This document shows, one piece after another, positions 40,041-56,063 of a stretch of 64,000 nucleotides of DNA. Each line of letters opens with the position of its first letter. Positions within the stretch are counted from its first letter, which is position 1. A program made the translations under genes and the position numbers. The stretch lies in the NCBI RefSeq assembly GCF_009914755.1, contig NC_060934.1; one strand, written 5' to 3'. Source of the DNA: the human T2T-CHM13v2.0 reference genome, Homo sapiens. The notes beneath the pieces were generated by a model. That model did no database searches and was not told where the DNA came from. It saw only the letters and a list, made by a program, of their open reading frames with translations.

Positions 40041-42709
40041 TTAAAATGAAGAGCCTTGCAGGGGTTTTTGAAGGTGAGTGGGTGGGGGGGATGTCAATCT
40101 GTCAGAGATGTCACCTTAAGTGGATCTATCTGCCTATATGTTACCACTTGCTAATTATGGATTTGGGTGATAATTGTCATAAGCTTTGCCACAAAATGTG
40201 CAATAAAATGCATTTTCTGGGGGCAGAGGGTGATGTGAGGAGCGGGCCGAAGCTAGGCTCTAAGGGCTGGTAATCTACAGATTGAAAGCCTGTAGGATTG
40301 TGCTGTAGGATTGTCTCACTGTTTAATGTTCAAATGAATACACATATTGTTGTGTGTGTCGGGTTGCTTTAGGCAACATTGCTGGCATTCCATTTCAGGA
40401 ACTATGTGTGTACGCAGAACTGAGTCTGTAGAGAAGTTTCTCTTCACATGGCCATAAGCGGCCTTCAGGAGTACTGTCTCCTTATGAGTGCTGTCCTGGA
40501 GAGGGCTAAGAAACAAGATCAAATAAATGGCAGATAAAATAAGGAGCTTCCTTGTGTTTGTAGGTAGCAGCCAATCATATCAAAGCTCAATCTTGGAAAA
40601 ACTTTGAGATGGGTCTTAAATATTTGTTGTTCCAAAGATTACTTACAGATAAGGAAGAGAAAAGCCAGAGAAAAAGGCCAGTGATGTATGAAGGAAATCT
40701 ATGTTTTTTTGCAAAGCATCAGCAATAAAAGGTATAACCTAAAAATAGTTTCTGCTTCTGTGTTCAGTCCTTGAAGCTATTGCCACCACCAGCCACTTGT
40801 TGATTCATTAGTTGTCATTGTTTCTTCATCTCTGCCCAAACTCTGATCATTCTTCCCTCATCTGCTCTCATCTGCACACGCATGCATACACACACGTGCA
40901 CACACACACACATGGCCCTTACTTTGGTAACATAAGTCCCAGTGTTGAGTTTAAGAAGTCCACTCTCTAGCTGGTGAATAAATTGGTGTCTTGTTCTGAT
41001 ATTATATGAAAGACGGTGAGTTGAGTCTTCTTATGGGCAGGGATGATGCCTTGCTTATCCTTCACCCTCAAAGTTGGTGTCCACTAAATACTGAGGAAGA
41101 AAAGATCCCTCCTAAAAATGCCCTTCTCTGAGAACTATTATTTTCAACTAACAGAGGTTGAGTACCTGGAGATCAGGGTCTCACTGGACAGTGATGTTTA
41201 TTAGTCTTTGATGCAATTAAGCAAGTGGTTTTGGCCTGATCTATAAAAGGAAACCTGGCCTAAAGGAGGTGAAGTCTCTACCTGTAAGTGATCTGTGCTC
41301 AGATTCAGACCACAGAGTCTAAGCAAATATACTGGACATTCTCTACCGATACATATGCACAGTTAGCAGGCCAAGGGTTAGTAGTGACTGTTTTGTTCAA
41401 CTCCAAAAGTATAGGAATCATGTGCTCTCAAAGCTGGCACTTAATACAAGTTCCTGGGTCACCTATCCCTTTGCCCCCTTTGCTCACTGCCTGCCCTTGT
41501 GCATAGACTGTCATAGGGATGGATAAACACAGTCATGTGCACACTCTTGCTTATGCTTTCCTTGTAGCCTGGAATGCCTACCCCTTACTTCTCATAAAAG
41601 ACCAGCAGTTCTTTACTTATTTCAGGGTCCAGCTCATCCATGGACTCTTCTCAATCCGAGAAGCAGGGTGCATCATAATAGTGCTTTGACCCACTGATTT
41701 CCTTGGCTCAGGTTCAGGAGCTGGTGCTTGACAACCTTCTCTGGTCTTTGTTGCTTCTAATCTATTCACTCAGAAGATGTAACACCAATGTAGAACCTAA
41801 AATATATTAACCTCCCTGAAGGCAGGGATAACAATGATAAAGTCAGTTATGTATTATGAATCAACAAACTCTGTGGAAGATGTTACAGAAATGACATGCG
41901 TATTTCACATCAGGGTGCTATTATTACACGTTTAATAAAATGAAGGAATTAAAGCTCAGATAACTTGAATGGTTTGGCTGGAGGCATTTGTTAGAAGCCA
42001 AACTGGGACTCAGATTCAGGTCTGTAAAACTTGACACTGTCATTTATATGCTGCATTTCCCTTTGAGAAATGCACTATGAGAAGGAAGAAGAGGCTTGTC
42101 GGTTGCCAGGGCATGTTAGGTAGAATTAGATTATTTGCCCTTGTATTTAGTCCAGTGGGATAATGAAGAGACAACAAAACAGTTCTGTCTTCTACAATTA
42201 GACACTAGGGGGAAAAGGATTTTATTTATTGTACACGTGTGAGGAGGTGTATGAAGGGTGGAAGGAGGTGGGCACTGGGAGGATGAGATGTCATTTAGTC
42301 TGTGAGTGACTGTCATCTGCAGGGGCCTGTGTTCAGGGTCTGGACATAAGATGAAGGACGCAGTTCCTTGTCTTCATCATCCAAGAGCTACTTAATAGAC
42401 CAGTGAGAAAGAGAAAATGTAGGAACAAAGCCAAATGGAATAAAGAGTGCTTTTTAGGGAAGCTCACCGAGATCTTGGCGAACACAGAGGAAGCGGACTT
42501 AGCCCAGCCAAGGTGTGGGATGTCTAGGGAATGAGGTAACAGGTATGATAGATCCGAGTCTCTAGCACAGTGGGAATATAAGTGGCCTGGCTTCCCAAAC
42601 ACATAAGTCCCCTGTGCCAAGCAGTGACTCATGACATGCAGGAATAAACTCCAACAAGAAAGGGGTACCTCAGAAACACATTGCTCATAGGCACATAGAA
42701 TGTGCCAAC

Positions 42710-43735
<1,026 letters not shown>

Positions 43736-44020
43736 CTGTCAACACAATTCCATCCCTGACAACAAAGCAAGGTCAAAAGATCAAACACGAGTTCTCTGCT
43801 CTGTGATGCTTGGGCTGAGAGATCGCCTATCCTTCATCCTGCTGGAAATCCAAACCAGGAATATAAAACTGATATTCATCAGGAAGGATACATCTACGCT
43901 CACATACGCCAGCAGGAACTTGAGCAGGGACCCAGCTGATTTGACTTTCCTGCTCATCCTGTAGGTTTTCTGCACTGGATGGCTTGATTTTTCCTCTTTG
44001 TTAATAATAGGGTCAAGGCC

Positions 44021-44852
<832 letters not shown>

Positions 44853-45109
44853 CTAGTCCGTAGTCAGTTTAGTTTTCTTCTGGTCAATCATTCTTTTTCA
44901 TTTTATGCCCCAGTATCTTGTATGCATTTCTTCTGAGCATCAAAACTCTTTGGTGCTCAATTCTGAGTTGATTTATCCTTGAAAATCCCCCATTTTAGTA
45001 AATGTTCCTCATTCTCTTTTAATGCAATTTTTCTGGAACATGGATTGTTCTGATTTTATTTGTCACTGGCTTCATATTTTACATTTTGAGAGATAGCAGA
45101 CTATAATAT

Positions 45110-45330
45110 TATTAGTAATAAAATATTTCTTAAATATTTATTAAATGCTTACTATGTGCCAGGTACAGTGCTGGGCATTTTACATCTATCAACTCATTTT
45201 GATGTTTATAGAAACTTTGTGAGGTTGGTATTATTGTTGAAACCGTTTTAAGGGCCTGGGTTCTTCAGCCAGGGTTGGAATCCTGGTTCATCCATTTACT
45301 AGCTGGGAGGCTATGGGCAACCTAACCCCC
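45110..45330. mobile_element. Two adjacent MIR fragments (minus, then plus)
   Basis: tttattaaatgcttactatgtgccagg, then gggttggaatcctggttcatccatttactagctg. Confidence 0.7.
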
Positions 45331-45696
45331 TGTATTAGTCCATTCTCATGCTGGTAATAAAGACATACCCAAGACTGGGTAATTTACAAAGGAAAGGGGT
45401 TAAATGAACTCACAGTTCCACTGCGAGGCTGGGGATACCTCACCATCATGGTGGAAGACAAAGGAAGAGAAAAGGAACATCTTACATGACACAGGCAAGA
45501 GGGCATGTGCAGGAGAACTGCGCTTTATAAAACCATCAGATCTCATAAGACTTATTCACTATCAGGAGAACAGCACAGGAAAGACCCGTCCCCATGATTC
45601 AATTACCTCCCACCAGGTCCCTCCCATGACATGTGGGAATTATGGGAGTTATAATTCAAGATGAGATTTGGGTGGGGACACAGCCAAACCATATCA
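45331..45696 (-). mobile_element. THE1B-type solo LTR
   Basis: tgtattagtccattctcatgctg.taataaagacataccc..gacacagccaaaccatatca. Confidence 0.9.
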
Positions 45697-46902
45697 CTCT
45701 CTGTGTCCTGGCTTCCTCATTGAATTCAAGTGAATTGCTTGAAATATACTTAGAATAAAAGCATCAGCATATTTACAACATGAACTATAACTCTTCCTCC
45801 AAAGCACGTTAATTCATAGCTGATAATTTCAGGTCCTGGACTTTGCAGACACCTTTTCAGCCTCCATCTTTGACTCATCCTTTTGTCATCTCAAGACCTC
45901 ATTTGCTCAGAATTCACTCGCAACGGGCTGGTTGAGTCATCTAATTGAATGGCAGAAAACCACTGTTTCCACACCCTCAAATTTATTTTATTAAGTACAA
46001 ATACATATCAAATTCATTACAAATGAACTTTTAGAATTTGCAAACAGCCTCATGAGAGTGATACTCACAACCTTGACGGAGAGTATGTATTCAAAATATA
46101 CCAACAGCTGTATAAAAATTATAATAAATAATCATCTCCTAGAAATCAAAGGTCTTGGTTTGGGTACAAGTTCAACCAGTATTCAATTATGTGACTTTGT
46201 ATCTATTATCCCACTATCCTCACCTGCAAAATGAGAATAATGTTTTCTATTTATTTTTCAGAAATAGTATGAATCCAAGGAGATAAAGTATGTGGATGAA
46301 ACTTTGCAACTTAGAAATCAGTAAGACTATGATAGGTATTATTATGATCACCTGTTATAATCTACATATACAAAACAAATTGAAGATATGAAAGGATTTT
46401 TTTCTGTCATTCTACCATCTGAAATATTGATTAGATGTCTAGAATGAAGAAGTGCTTTAGAACTATTTCTGGCTTGTATTTTCTCAATAAAACCACAATT
46501 CTCTATTTTACCTCATATACACTATTACCACCTGTTATATTTACTTCTAGAGTCTAGCTTAATGGTTTCTATGAAGAAAAAGACCTGGAAATGGATTCTA
46601 AGTTCATCTTAAGCAAAACCTAACTTGCTTTTCTTTACAAAATACAAATTCCATTTAGTTTTTAGTTTATTCTTTCAAGAAAGGATGTTTAATCTAATTG
46701 GCCCTTTTAGAGTTAAGATTCTTTCCCCAGAGGGCAGAGCAGCCCTTGCTTTATCTTTAGTCCACGAGTTACACAAAATCATAAAATCGCAGCAGTACAG
46801 CTTCTCTGAGGCCTTTTATGACCCCTAAAGGGAAGTCATCTCTGTACAGTAGTGATAATAACAGTATCATCTAACAGCCGAATACTGCTTTATTTCACTG
46901 TG

Positions 46903-47231
46903 CACTATGGCTTGGATGTGGTGTCTCTGCCAAAACTGATGTTGAAATTTGTTTCCCAATGTGGCAGTGTTGGGAGGTGTGGCCTAGAGGGAGGTCATGG
47001 GGACAGGATCCTCGTGAATAAATTAGTGCTCTCCTTTGGGGTGAGTTCTCCCTTCCCTGAGAATGGATTAGTTTTTGAGAGCACGTTGTTAAAGAGTCTG
47101 GCTTCCTCAGTTTCTCTCTCTTGAGATGTCATCTCTGTACATGCCCACTCCTCTTCTACTTTCTGCCCTGAGCAGAAGCAGTCTGAGGCCCTCCCAAAAG
47201 CCAATCAGATGCTGGCGTCATGCTTCTTGTA
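46903..47231 (+). mobile_element. MST (MSTB-like) MaLR LTR, 3' part missing
   Basis: ctatggcttggatgtg..tgttgaaattt..cccaatgtggcagtgttgggaggtg..cagatgctggcgtcatgcttcttgta. Confidence 0.8.
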
Positions 47232-47278
47232 TTAGGTTGGTGCAAAAGTAATTGCAGTTTTTGCCATTGAAAGTAGTG

Positions 47279-47280
<2 letters not shown>
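47232..47280. mobile_element. MADE1 (Hsmar1 MITE), one arm plus centre
   Basis: TA + ttaggttggtgcaaaagtaattgcagtttttgccattgaaagta.tggc. Confidence 0.9.
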
Positions 47281-47736
<456 letters not shown>

Positions 47737-48339
47737 TCATCTCTAAATTTTATTAACTTTTTTATTAGCTTGAGTTTCCCTTCATTCTATCTCATCTACC
47801 CGTACCTACAGGATATTGAGCAGGGGAAGAAAACATGGGTAAGAATGGATGGTCAGATGTTATGGGCGAAGGTAGATACTGTGAGATAGAATGGGAAGGG
47901 GGAAGGTCAGGCTGAAATTATCATTTGGACAGTGGAGGATGCTGGGAAGAGGACGGCAGAAGATGGAACAGCAATCCACATGATGCAGAACAAACATGAT
48001 AGAAGGAGATATCAGAGTATTGATTAGCAGAGACTTCACTCAAGAAAACAGTATAGGCAGAGCTGCTGGTGGTGGTGTTACAGTGCTTCCCAGGGTACTA
48101 TTATGGACTTAGGGCTGCAATTTTTAGGTAAAACAATCTCTTCAGTATGAACATAAGTCACTCTCAAAGCACATATTTGTTTACTGATCCATTTGTTGTA
48201 TGCCAAGTAGTTCTATGCAGAAACACTACTCGAACTTCAAATAAATTTGCAGATGTTGCTGTGTAAACATATCGTTTATTATATACACATCTCTATTTAT
48301 ACTTTAACCTTTCATTTGGCTGTAAAAGAGTCAATTGAT

Positions 48340-48740
48340 CCTAGGCACCATGACAAGGCTATTCCCAGTAATGTTCTCCTGGGTAAATGCTAAGCCATTG
48401 ACAAGTGCTCTCTGGATGCCTCTGTCTGGTTGGCTGTGCATCCCCTGAATAGTTGTGTGGTTTAGATTAGATCTCCCCAGTTTGTTGATGAGAATGTCAG
48501 GTAGGACAGAATCAAAGGCTTACAGAAGTCTAGAGAGATTACATCTATTGCATCCTTTTTATCTACAAGGCCTGTCACTCTATCATAGAAGGAAATTAAA
48601 TTGGTCTGGCATGATTTGTTCCTCTAAAAGCCATGTTGGTTGCTACCCAGTCTGTTATGTTCTTCTGGGTGATTGCAAATTGATCATTTTGATGATTGAT
48701 CTTCGTAACTTCCCTGGCACTGTGTTTTAGGCTGACCAAT
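48340..48740 (-). mobile_element. CR1/L3 LINE relic, ORF2 reverse-transcriptase region
   Basis: Hand translation of 48648-48478: NQHGF*RNKSCQTNLISFYDRVTGLVDKKDAIDVISLDFCK/FDSVLPDILINKL (one stop, one frameshift). Confidence 0.9.
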
Positions 48741-48964
48741 ATTTCTTTTCCTTTCTTTTAAAGATTGACATTGTATTTACTTTTTTTCCTCTTCTTTAAG
48801 GATTTTCCCTGATGTGCATGACTTTTTTATTTCTTTATTATAATTGTTTGAGGTCTGATGCTATGTTCCAAAAAATTCATTTGCAAATTTTTATAATCTG
48901 TTGTTTGATTAATTTTCAAAAATTGACTTATTTTAGCCTGTTTTCATTCATTTCCTCTACCCCT

Positions 48965-49530
48965 CTATTTAGTCACTTAGTCAACATTTATTGAGGACCT
49001 AGGAGCTGGGAAAACAATGATCAGATAAACAATGAATTAATAAGTCTCTTGCGAAACTAATAGTTAAGTGTGGGAGACATACAAATTAAAGAGATGACTA
49101 TGATACAGTGTTGAAAGGACTGTAATGGGGTGAGTAAGATGGAACACCTAGAACAGGTATTTACCCCAATCTTGAGTACATCAGGGAAGGCTTCCTAGAG
49201 GAGGTGATGTCTAAACTGAGTTTTCATGGCTAAGTGCAAGTTAGCAGAAGCCAGATACGGAAAGTGATGGAGACAGAGCGCAGGACAGAAAGTAAGGCAT
49301 TTCAAGCAGAGAGAACAGCATCAACAAAGGTATAGCTATGAGAGTGACATGGGTTAGGGGACAGCATGGCAGTTCAGCAGGACTAGAGGGAGACTTCTTA
49401 TGTCAGACACGGGGTAGGCAGGCCTGTAATAGAGCTGGAGAATATGGCAGCGGCTGCTCATGAAGATCTTCAATGCCAACAAAATAAGCTTGGGCTTCGT
49501 CTTGAATGCATTGGAGGTATTCAAACCTCA
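48965..49530 (-). mobile_element. L2 3' region
   Basis: tcaacatttattgag..tcagggaaggcttcctagaggaggtgatgtctaaactgag. Confidence 0.8.
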
Positions 49531-49994
49531 TTCAGTGAATTTTTTGTTTAGTACCTATCCTTTTAATGAGATAGATTACCTTAAGGATCAGAAGATATAT
49601 AGAAATTTAGGATATATTCTTAACCCCAAAGTGCCTTGCAAACTACTCAAGGAGTGAGAACTTACAGACATAAAACAATTGAATTGCAATATAAGTATTT
49701 CGGCTTAAGGCCAAATAAGTCTTTCAGAGAAGAGTTTCTGGGAGTTCAGAGAGACCAATCTTTGAGGTTGGGTTTATCTATGTTAATTAAATTAATGACG
49801 AAGTAAGAAACATCTCTGGGTTTAATCACTTGGGTAGAATCAAAACAACATACACTCAAATTATAAATGACCCCATATTCCAACGATTGTTCACTACCAG
49901 CCACAAACTTTGTTTGCCAATATTCTTAGTCCTCATTGCCGTAGCAATGATTTTAAAACTGAAGGCAAGTGAAAAAAATGTTACTTCTTTTTTT

Positions 49995-51525
49995 TTTTGA
50001 AAATGACACATTAAACAGCTCAAACCAACCCCCTGGCTGAGAAAAATTAGACTAGCTGGAAAAATATTCTAAAAAGTCTATTTGAATATATTGAAGAGAT
50101 GACAAATTAGAGATAAATTACTAGACCAGGATCTTGAGGAAGATGAATGTTTAGGGCAATAACTAGAATATTTGGGGGTTTTCCTTTAACCCTGATGTTT
50201 TTTTCTCTTCCCTTCCAAGTATGGAGAGATTGAGTGGCACTTTTGACAATCTTTCAGGGCCAAGGCAACAGGTATTGATTAGCAGGACTCGCTCAAGCTA
50301 TAGGTATGGGTGAACCATGCTTACTTTAGTTGAGACTCTGAGGGTTGTGTCCTAAGAATATGAATAAACAAACAGTAGGCCTTACAACTAGGGAAGCTCA
50401 GCTTTGGACCATTGCAACACTTAATATTAGAGTAAGGGTTTCCTGCAGTATTAGCGCTTCCAGGTATCTTGCACACTCAAGAAATATAGAACCTTTCTGA
50501 AGGAAGATAAAATAGATCTTGGTCTTAAATTTTGTCTAGAATAATCATAATATTAGGAAGCAAGACAATATGAAGGAAAACTTGCAGAAAGATCCAATAA
50601 CAGAAAAAGACCCGTAGGATCCCCAGATACTGGAATATTCAAACATAAACAACAAAGGAGCTCCCCTATGTTCTATATTCAGGAAGATAAAAGATAATTA
50701 ATAACTTTATTAGCGAACTAGAAAGTCTAACAAGAACTCACATGAAAATTCTGGAATTGAAATAAAGTAATTGAAAATGCGTATACACGGTTTTAATAGC
50801 AAATTAGATTCAGGTTAAATAGAAGATAAGATGCAGCTAAAAAAAAAGATTAAAAAGATTTTGAATCAAGAAGCCCTATGAACTCCAAGCAGTATAACTA
50901 AAAAGAAAACCACACTTAAGTATATTATAAAAAATCTTACCACCAGAAGCCAGAAGGGGGGAAAAAGGCATACTGCTTTCAAAGGAGTAATAATGGGCTA
51001 ATGACTGAATTCTCAATAGAAAAGAAAGCCAGAAGACAATAGAATAATATATTTAAATTGCTGCAAAAACCCCTGACAATCCAGACTTTTATACCTAGTG
51101 AAAGTATCCTTTAGGAATGAAATATATTTTAAGACAAAAATGATAATAATTCATTATTTGTTGACCAGCAGTAATGAAAATACTAAACATTTTTCTCTAA
51201 TTAGATGGAAATTGACTCTACAGTGAGGTCAGAAATTAAGAAAGAAACGGAGAAAACAAGGGAGTCAATTGGAGTATATATTCAACATTGGCTGACTGAA
51301 ATGATAGTTCTGTCTCATGAGTATTAAAATGTATGTAGAAATCAAATACATGACAACAATGTCATATAAGTTGGGGAGGTGATAAAGTTAAAAGGTTTTC
51401 AGGTCATTGCATTGTCTAGAAAGAATTGTAACAATATCAATTATGTCAGACTTTGATAAGTCAACCACGCATAGTAGAATGTTTAATGTAACCAACTGAA
51501 GATGTGTAAAAGACAGTATATCTTG
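49995..51525 (+). mobile_element. Ancient L1M 5'/ORF1 region (outer element)
   Basis: A-rich decayed ORF1 signature (aagaaaaccacac..gaaagccagaagacaatagaataatat). Confidence 0.6.
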
Positions 51526-52544
51526 GTAAACTTGAAAACACAGCAATGGAAATGATCAAAAAGAAAACACAGAGACAAAGCTGAAAAAGAAAGCATAAAG
51601 GATCAATAGTCAGTGGGACAGTTAAAATATGCTAATATACATGCAATCAGAGTCTCTTATGAAGAGGAAGAGAGTGGGGGAAAACTATTTGAAATATAAA
51701 AGTAGAAAATTTTTCTAATTTGATAAAAACTATAAACCCAGAAACTTAAGAAGTGTAAGAAATCCTAATTATGAGAAACATTAAGAAAACAACCCCTAAT
51801 CACATCACATTCAAGTTGCTGGAAACCACTGGTAAAAAGAAAATCTTAAAAGTGACCAGAGGAAAAAAATATAATTACAGAGAATCTGTGATAAGAATGA
51901 TGACAAATTTCTGCTTAGAAACAATCCAAGTGAGAAGACAGTGGAGCAACAACTTCAAATTAATAAAAATCTGCCATTTTAGAATTCCATGTTCAGCCAA
52001 ATTATACGTCAAAAACAAAGGCAAAATTAAGTTTTCTTCCAGACATAGAAAATCTGTAAGACTTTATTACTATCAGATCTGTACTATGGTGAATGCTAAA
52101 AGTAATCCTTCAAGCAAAAGGAAAATGATACCAGTCAAAAATCTGGATCTGTATCTCACAAACACACACAAATAATAAACACCAGAAATGTTAACTATGA
52201 GGATAAATTTAAAAATATTTTCCTGTTATTTTAATGTCTTTAAGATATAATTGATCAAGGAAGAAATAAAAATGTGTTGTATGATTGATAGCATATGTAG
52301 AAGTAAAACAAATGGCAACAACAGTAAAAATGGTACAAAGAAACGAGTAAGAGGACACTTGTAATGTTCTTGTATTTTAAAGGCAGCAGTATAGTATTAC
52401 TTGAATTTAGACTGTGATAAGCTAAAGAGCCATGCTATACATTGTAGTGCAATCACAAAAACAAAACATCAAAGAGTTGTAGCCAATTAGTCAAGAAAGA
52501 TAATAAAATTGAATAATTAAAAGTATTCAATCTAAAAGAAGGCA

Positions 52545-53010
52545 GGCTGAGCATAGTGACTCACACCTGTAATCCCAGAACTTTGGGAAGCTGAGGCAGG
52601 AAGACCATTTGAGGTCAGGAGTTCAAGACTAGCCTGAGCTACATAGCAAGACTCCATCTCAACAAAAAAATAAAAAATTAGCTGGGTGGTGGCATGTGCC
52701 TGTAATTCAAACTACTTGGGAGGCTGAGGTGGGAGGATAACTTAAACCCGAGAATTTGAGGAGAGCTGTGATCAAGTCACTGCACTCCAGCCTGGGCGAT
52801 TCCGTCTCCAGAAAAAAAAAAAAAAAAAAAAAATTAGCCGGGCATGGTGGTGCATGCCTGTAATCCCAGCTACTTGGGAGGCTCAGTCAGGAGAATCGCT
52901 TGAACCTGGGAGGTGGAGGTTGCAGTGAGCCAAATTCACATCGTTGCACTCCAGCCTGGGCGACAAAGCAAGACTCCGTCTGAAAAACAAAACCCAAAAA
53001 ACAAAAAAAG
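52545..53010 (+). mobile_element. AluJ with an AluS right arm inserted in its tail
   Basis: Three Alu arms in tandem; aaaa(g/a)aaggca flanks the whole unit. Confidence 0.85.
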
Positions 53011-54659
53011 GCAAAATAAAAACAAAAGAAAAAGGAAAACAAAGAATAGATGATACAAGTAGAAAACAAATTAAAAAACAGGAGACTTAATCTTCCCATA
53101 GCAATAACCACATGACATGTAAATGTTATAAATACCCCAATTAAAAGGCAGTGACTATTAAGTAAGATTTTAAAAATCGAGACTCAACTGTATTCTGCCT
53201 ATGTGAAGCCAACTTTTAACATAAAAACACAAATAAGCTAAAAGTAAAGTAATGGAAAAAAATTCAACATTAACATTAGTCAGAAGAAAATGAAAATGAT
53301 TATGTTAATATCAGAAAGAACAAAATCCAGAATAAAGACTAAAGACTTAAAGAATAATTTTATAATGACATAAGGATCAATTTATGAAGATATAACATTA
53401 TAAACATTTTTTGAACCTGTTGAAACCACTTCAAACTATATAAAGTACAAATAAATAAACCTGCAAAAATAAATAGATAAGTTCATAAATTTTAGTCAGA
53501 TATATCAATTATTGATAGAATAAGTGGAAAAAATGAGTAAAATTGAAGGCTTTAACAGTACTAAGAATCCACTTTCACAGTCAACCAATCTACTTTATAT
53601 TTATATAAAGTCAACTATCTTTCTACAGTCAACGAATCAACCTAGTGACAGTTTCAGAAAACTCCACCAAATAACAAGAGAATACACATTGTTTTTTCAA
53701 GGGGCCTAGAACATATTTACTGAAAAGATCATATGCTGGAAATAAACACACTTTTAAAAATGTACAAGGATTGCAGTCATACAAATTATATTTTCTGACA
53801 GCATTGAAACTAAAAATGAACAGAAAGATCCTTGGAAAATTCTCAAGTACTAAGAAACCAAAGAATACACTCCTAAATTACTCTTGGGTCAAACAGAAAA
53901 TCAAAAAAGAAATAGAAGAAACCTTTACTTTAATTAAAATGACAACGCAAGATATAAAAATTTGTGGGATGCCACCAAAGCATAATTTAGAGGGAAATTT
54001 ATAGCATTGAGCAACACATTAGAAAAGAGGAAAGATCACAGATCAGTGACCTTAGCTTCTAAATTAAGAAACTAGAAAAGGAAAAGGAAATAAAACTTAA
54101 AGTAAGCTCAAAATCAGAAATAAATCAATGAAACAAAAAAAAAATAGGAAAAAAAGCAGCAGAGAAAAATAAATAAAACCAAATGCTGGTCCTTTGAGAA
54201 GATTAATAACACTTACATAAACCTCTATTTGTACTGATTAGGAAATAAAAAGAGAAGACACAAAATATCCATATAATGAATAAGAAAAATGACATCTCTT
54301 TAGGTTCTACGTATATTAAAAGAAAAATAAGAAGACCTTATGAAACATCTTAAGTCATTAATTTTGACCTCTTTGATGAAAGAAACAAATCCTTACAAGA
54401 CATAAACTACCAAAGCTCACTAATAAACAGATATATAATCTCTATATGCCTTTATTGGTTAAATAAATTGAATTTGTGGTTAAAAAATCTTCACCTTTAA
54501 AAATCCTATGGACAACATCATGCTTAGTGGTAAAACACTGATTTTGTTTCCCCCAAAGATTAAGCAAGGCAAAGACTTCCATTCTTAACATTTTGATTCA
54601 ACATCGTAATGGAGGTTCTAGTCAATGCAATAGGCAAGAAAAGGGAAAGGCATTACTTT

Positions 54660-54847
54660 GGTAGAGAGAGAAACAGAGAGGACTCCGGTGACTGGTCTTA
54701 TAAGGGCACTACTTTTATTGGATCAGGATGCCACCTGTATGACCTCATTTAACCTTAATTACCTGCAAATATAGTCACATTTGGAGTTAGAGTTTCAGCA
54801 CATAAATTTGGTGGGGTTTGGGGAGAGACACAATTCAGTCCATAGCA
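54660..54847 (-). mobile_element. MLT1A/B LTR fragment
   Basis: cttataagggcact..atgacctcatttaaccttaattacct..gacacaattcagtccatagca. Confidence 0.85.
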
Positions 54848-54921
54848 CCTAGGGTTAGACAAAATGTATTAGCTACAATGCCAACAGCATGATATATTAA
54901 AAAAAAAATAAACCATAAACT

Positions 54922-55490
54922 ATCAAGGATCTAGAATCAGAAATGCCATTTGACCCAGCAGTTCCATTACTGGTTATATACCCAAAGGATTATAAATCAT
55001 TCTACTATAAAGACACATGCACACTTATGTTTATTGAGGCACTGTTCACAATAGCAAAGACTTGGAACCAACCCAGATACCTATCAATGATAGACTGGAT
55101 AAAGAAAATGTGGCACATATACACCAGGGAATACTATGCAGCCATAAAAAAGGATGAGTTCATATCCTTTGCATGGACATGGATGAAGCTGGAAACCATC
55201 ATTCTCAGCAAACTAACACAAAAACAGAAAACCAAACACCACATGTTCTCACTCATAAGTGGGAGTTGAACAATGGGAACACATGGACACAGGGAGGGGA
55301 ACATCACACACCAGGGCCTGTCAGGGGATGGGGGGTGGGGGAGGGATAGAATTAGGAGAAATACCTAATGTAGACGATGGGTTGATGGGTGCAGCAAACC
55401 ACTGTGACACGTGTATACCTATGTAACAAATCTGCACATTCTGCACATGTATTCCAGAACTTAAAGTATAATTTTAAAAAATTTAAAAAA
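54922..55490 (+). mobile_element. L1PA7/8-like 3' end
   Basis: ORF2 C-terminus (PFDPAVPLL..WIKKMWHIYT..HMFSLISGS) followed by 3' UTR and A-tail. Confidence 0.9.
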
Positions 55491-55788
55491 AGAAAAAACA
55501 AGCCACAGATTGGAAAAAGGGATTTTTCAAATCATATTTCTGATAAAAGACTTATATTTAGCATATATAAAAAACTATCAAAATTCAACAATAAGAAACT
55601 AAAACATCCAATAAAACAAAATAGGCAAATGACTTGAACAGCTATTTCACCAAAGAAGATATACAGATGGGAAATAAGAAAAAGGAAAGGATGCTCCACA
55701 TTATTAATTATTAGGGAATTGCAAATTAAAGCTGCAATTATTAATAGATACAATTCCGCTGACTAGACCTATTACAGTATCTAAAATT

Positions 55789-56063
55789 GGCTAGGAACAG
55801 TAGCTCATGCCTGTAATCCCAGCAAACTCAAAGCTGAGGCAAGAGAATTGCTTGAGCCCAGGAGCTTGAGGACCATCCCTAGATATAGAGATTCCTAGTT
55901 AGGTGTGGTGGTGCACGCCTGTGGTCCCAACTACTCAGGAGACTGAAGTAGGAGGATCACTTGGGCCTGGGAGGTTGAGGCTGCAGTGAGCTGTGATTAT
56001 ACCACTGTACTCCAGCCTGGATGACAGAGAGACACTGTCTTAAAAATAAATAAATAAAAGAAA
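55789..56063 (+). mobile_element. AluJ with internal deletion
   Basis: ggaggttgaggctgcagtgagctgtgat. Confidence 0.85.

Noticed and set aside
51771-55269. ORFs resembling L1 ORF1 and ORF2
   Set aside because: Decayed retrotransposon fragments with stops and frameshifts; annotated as mobile elements.
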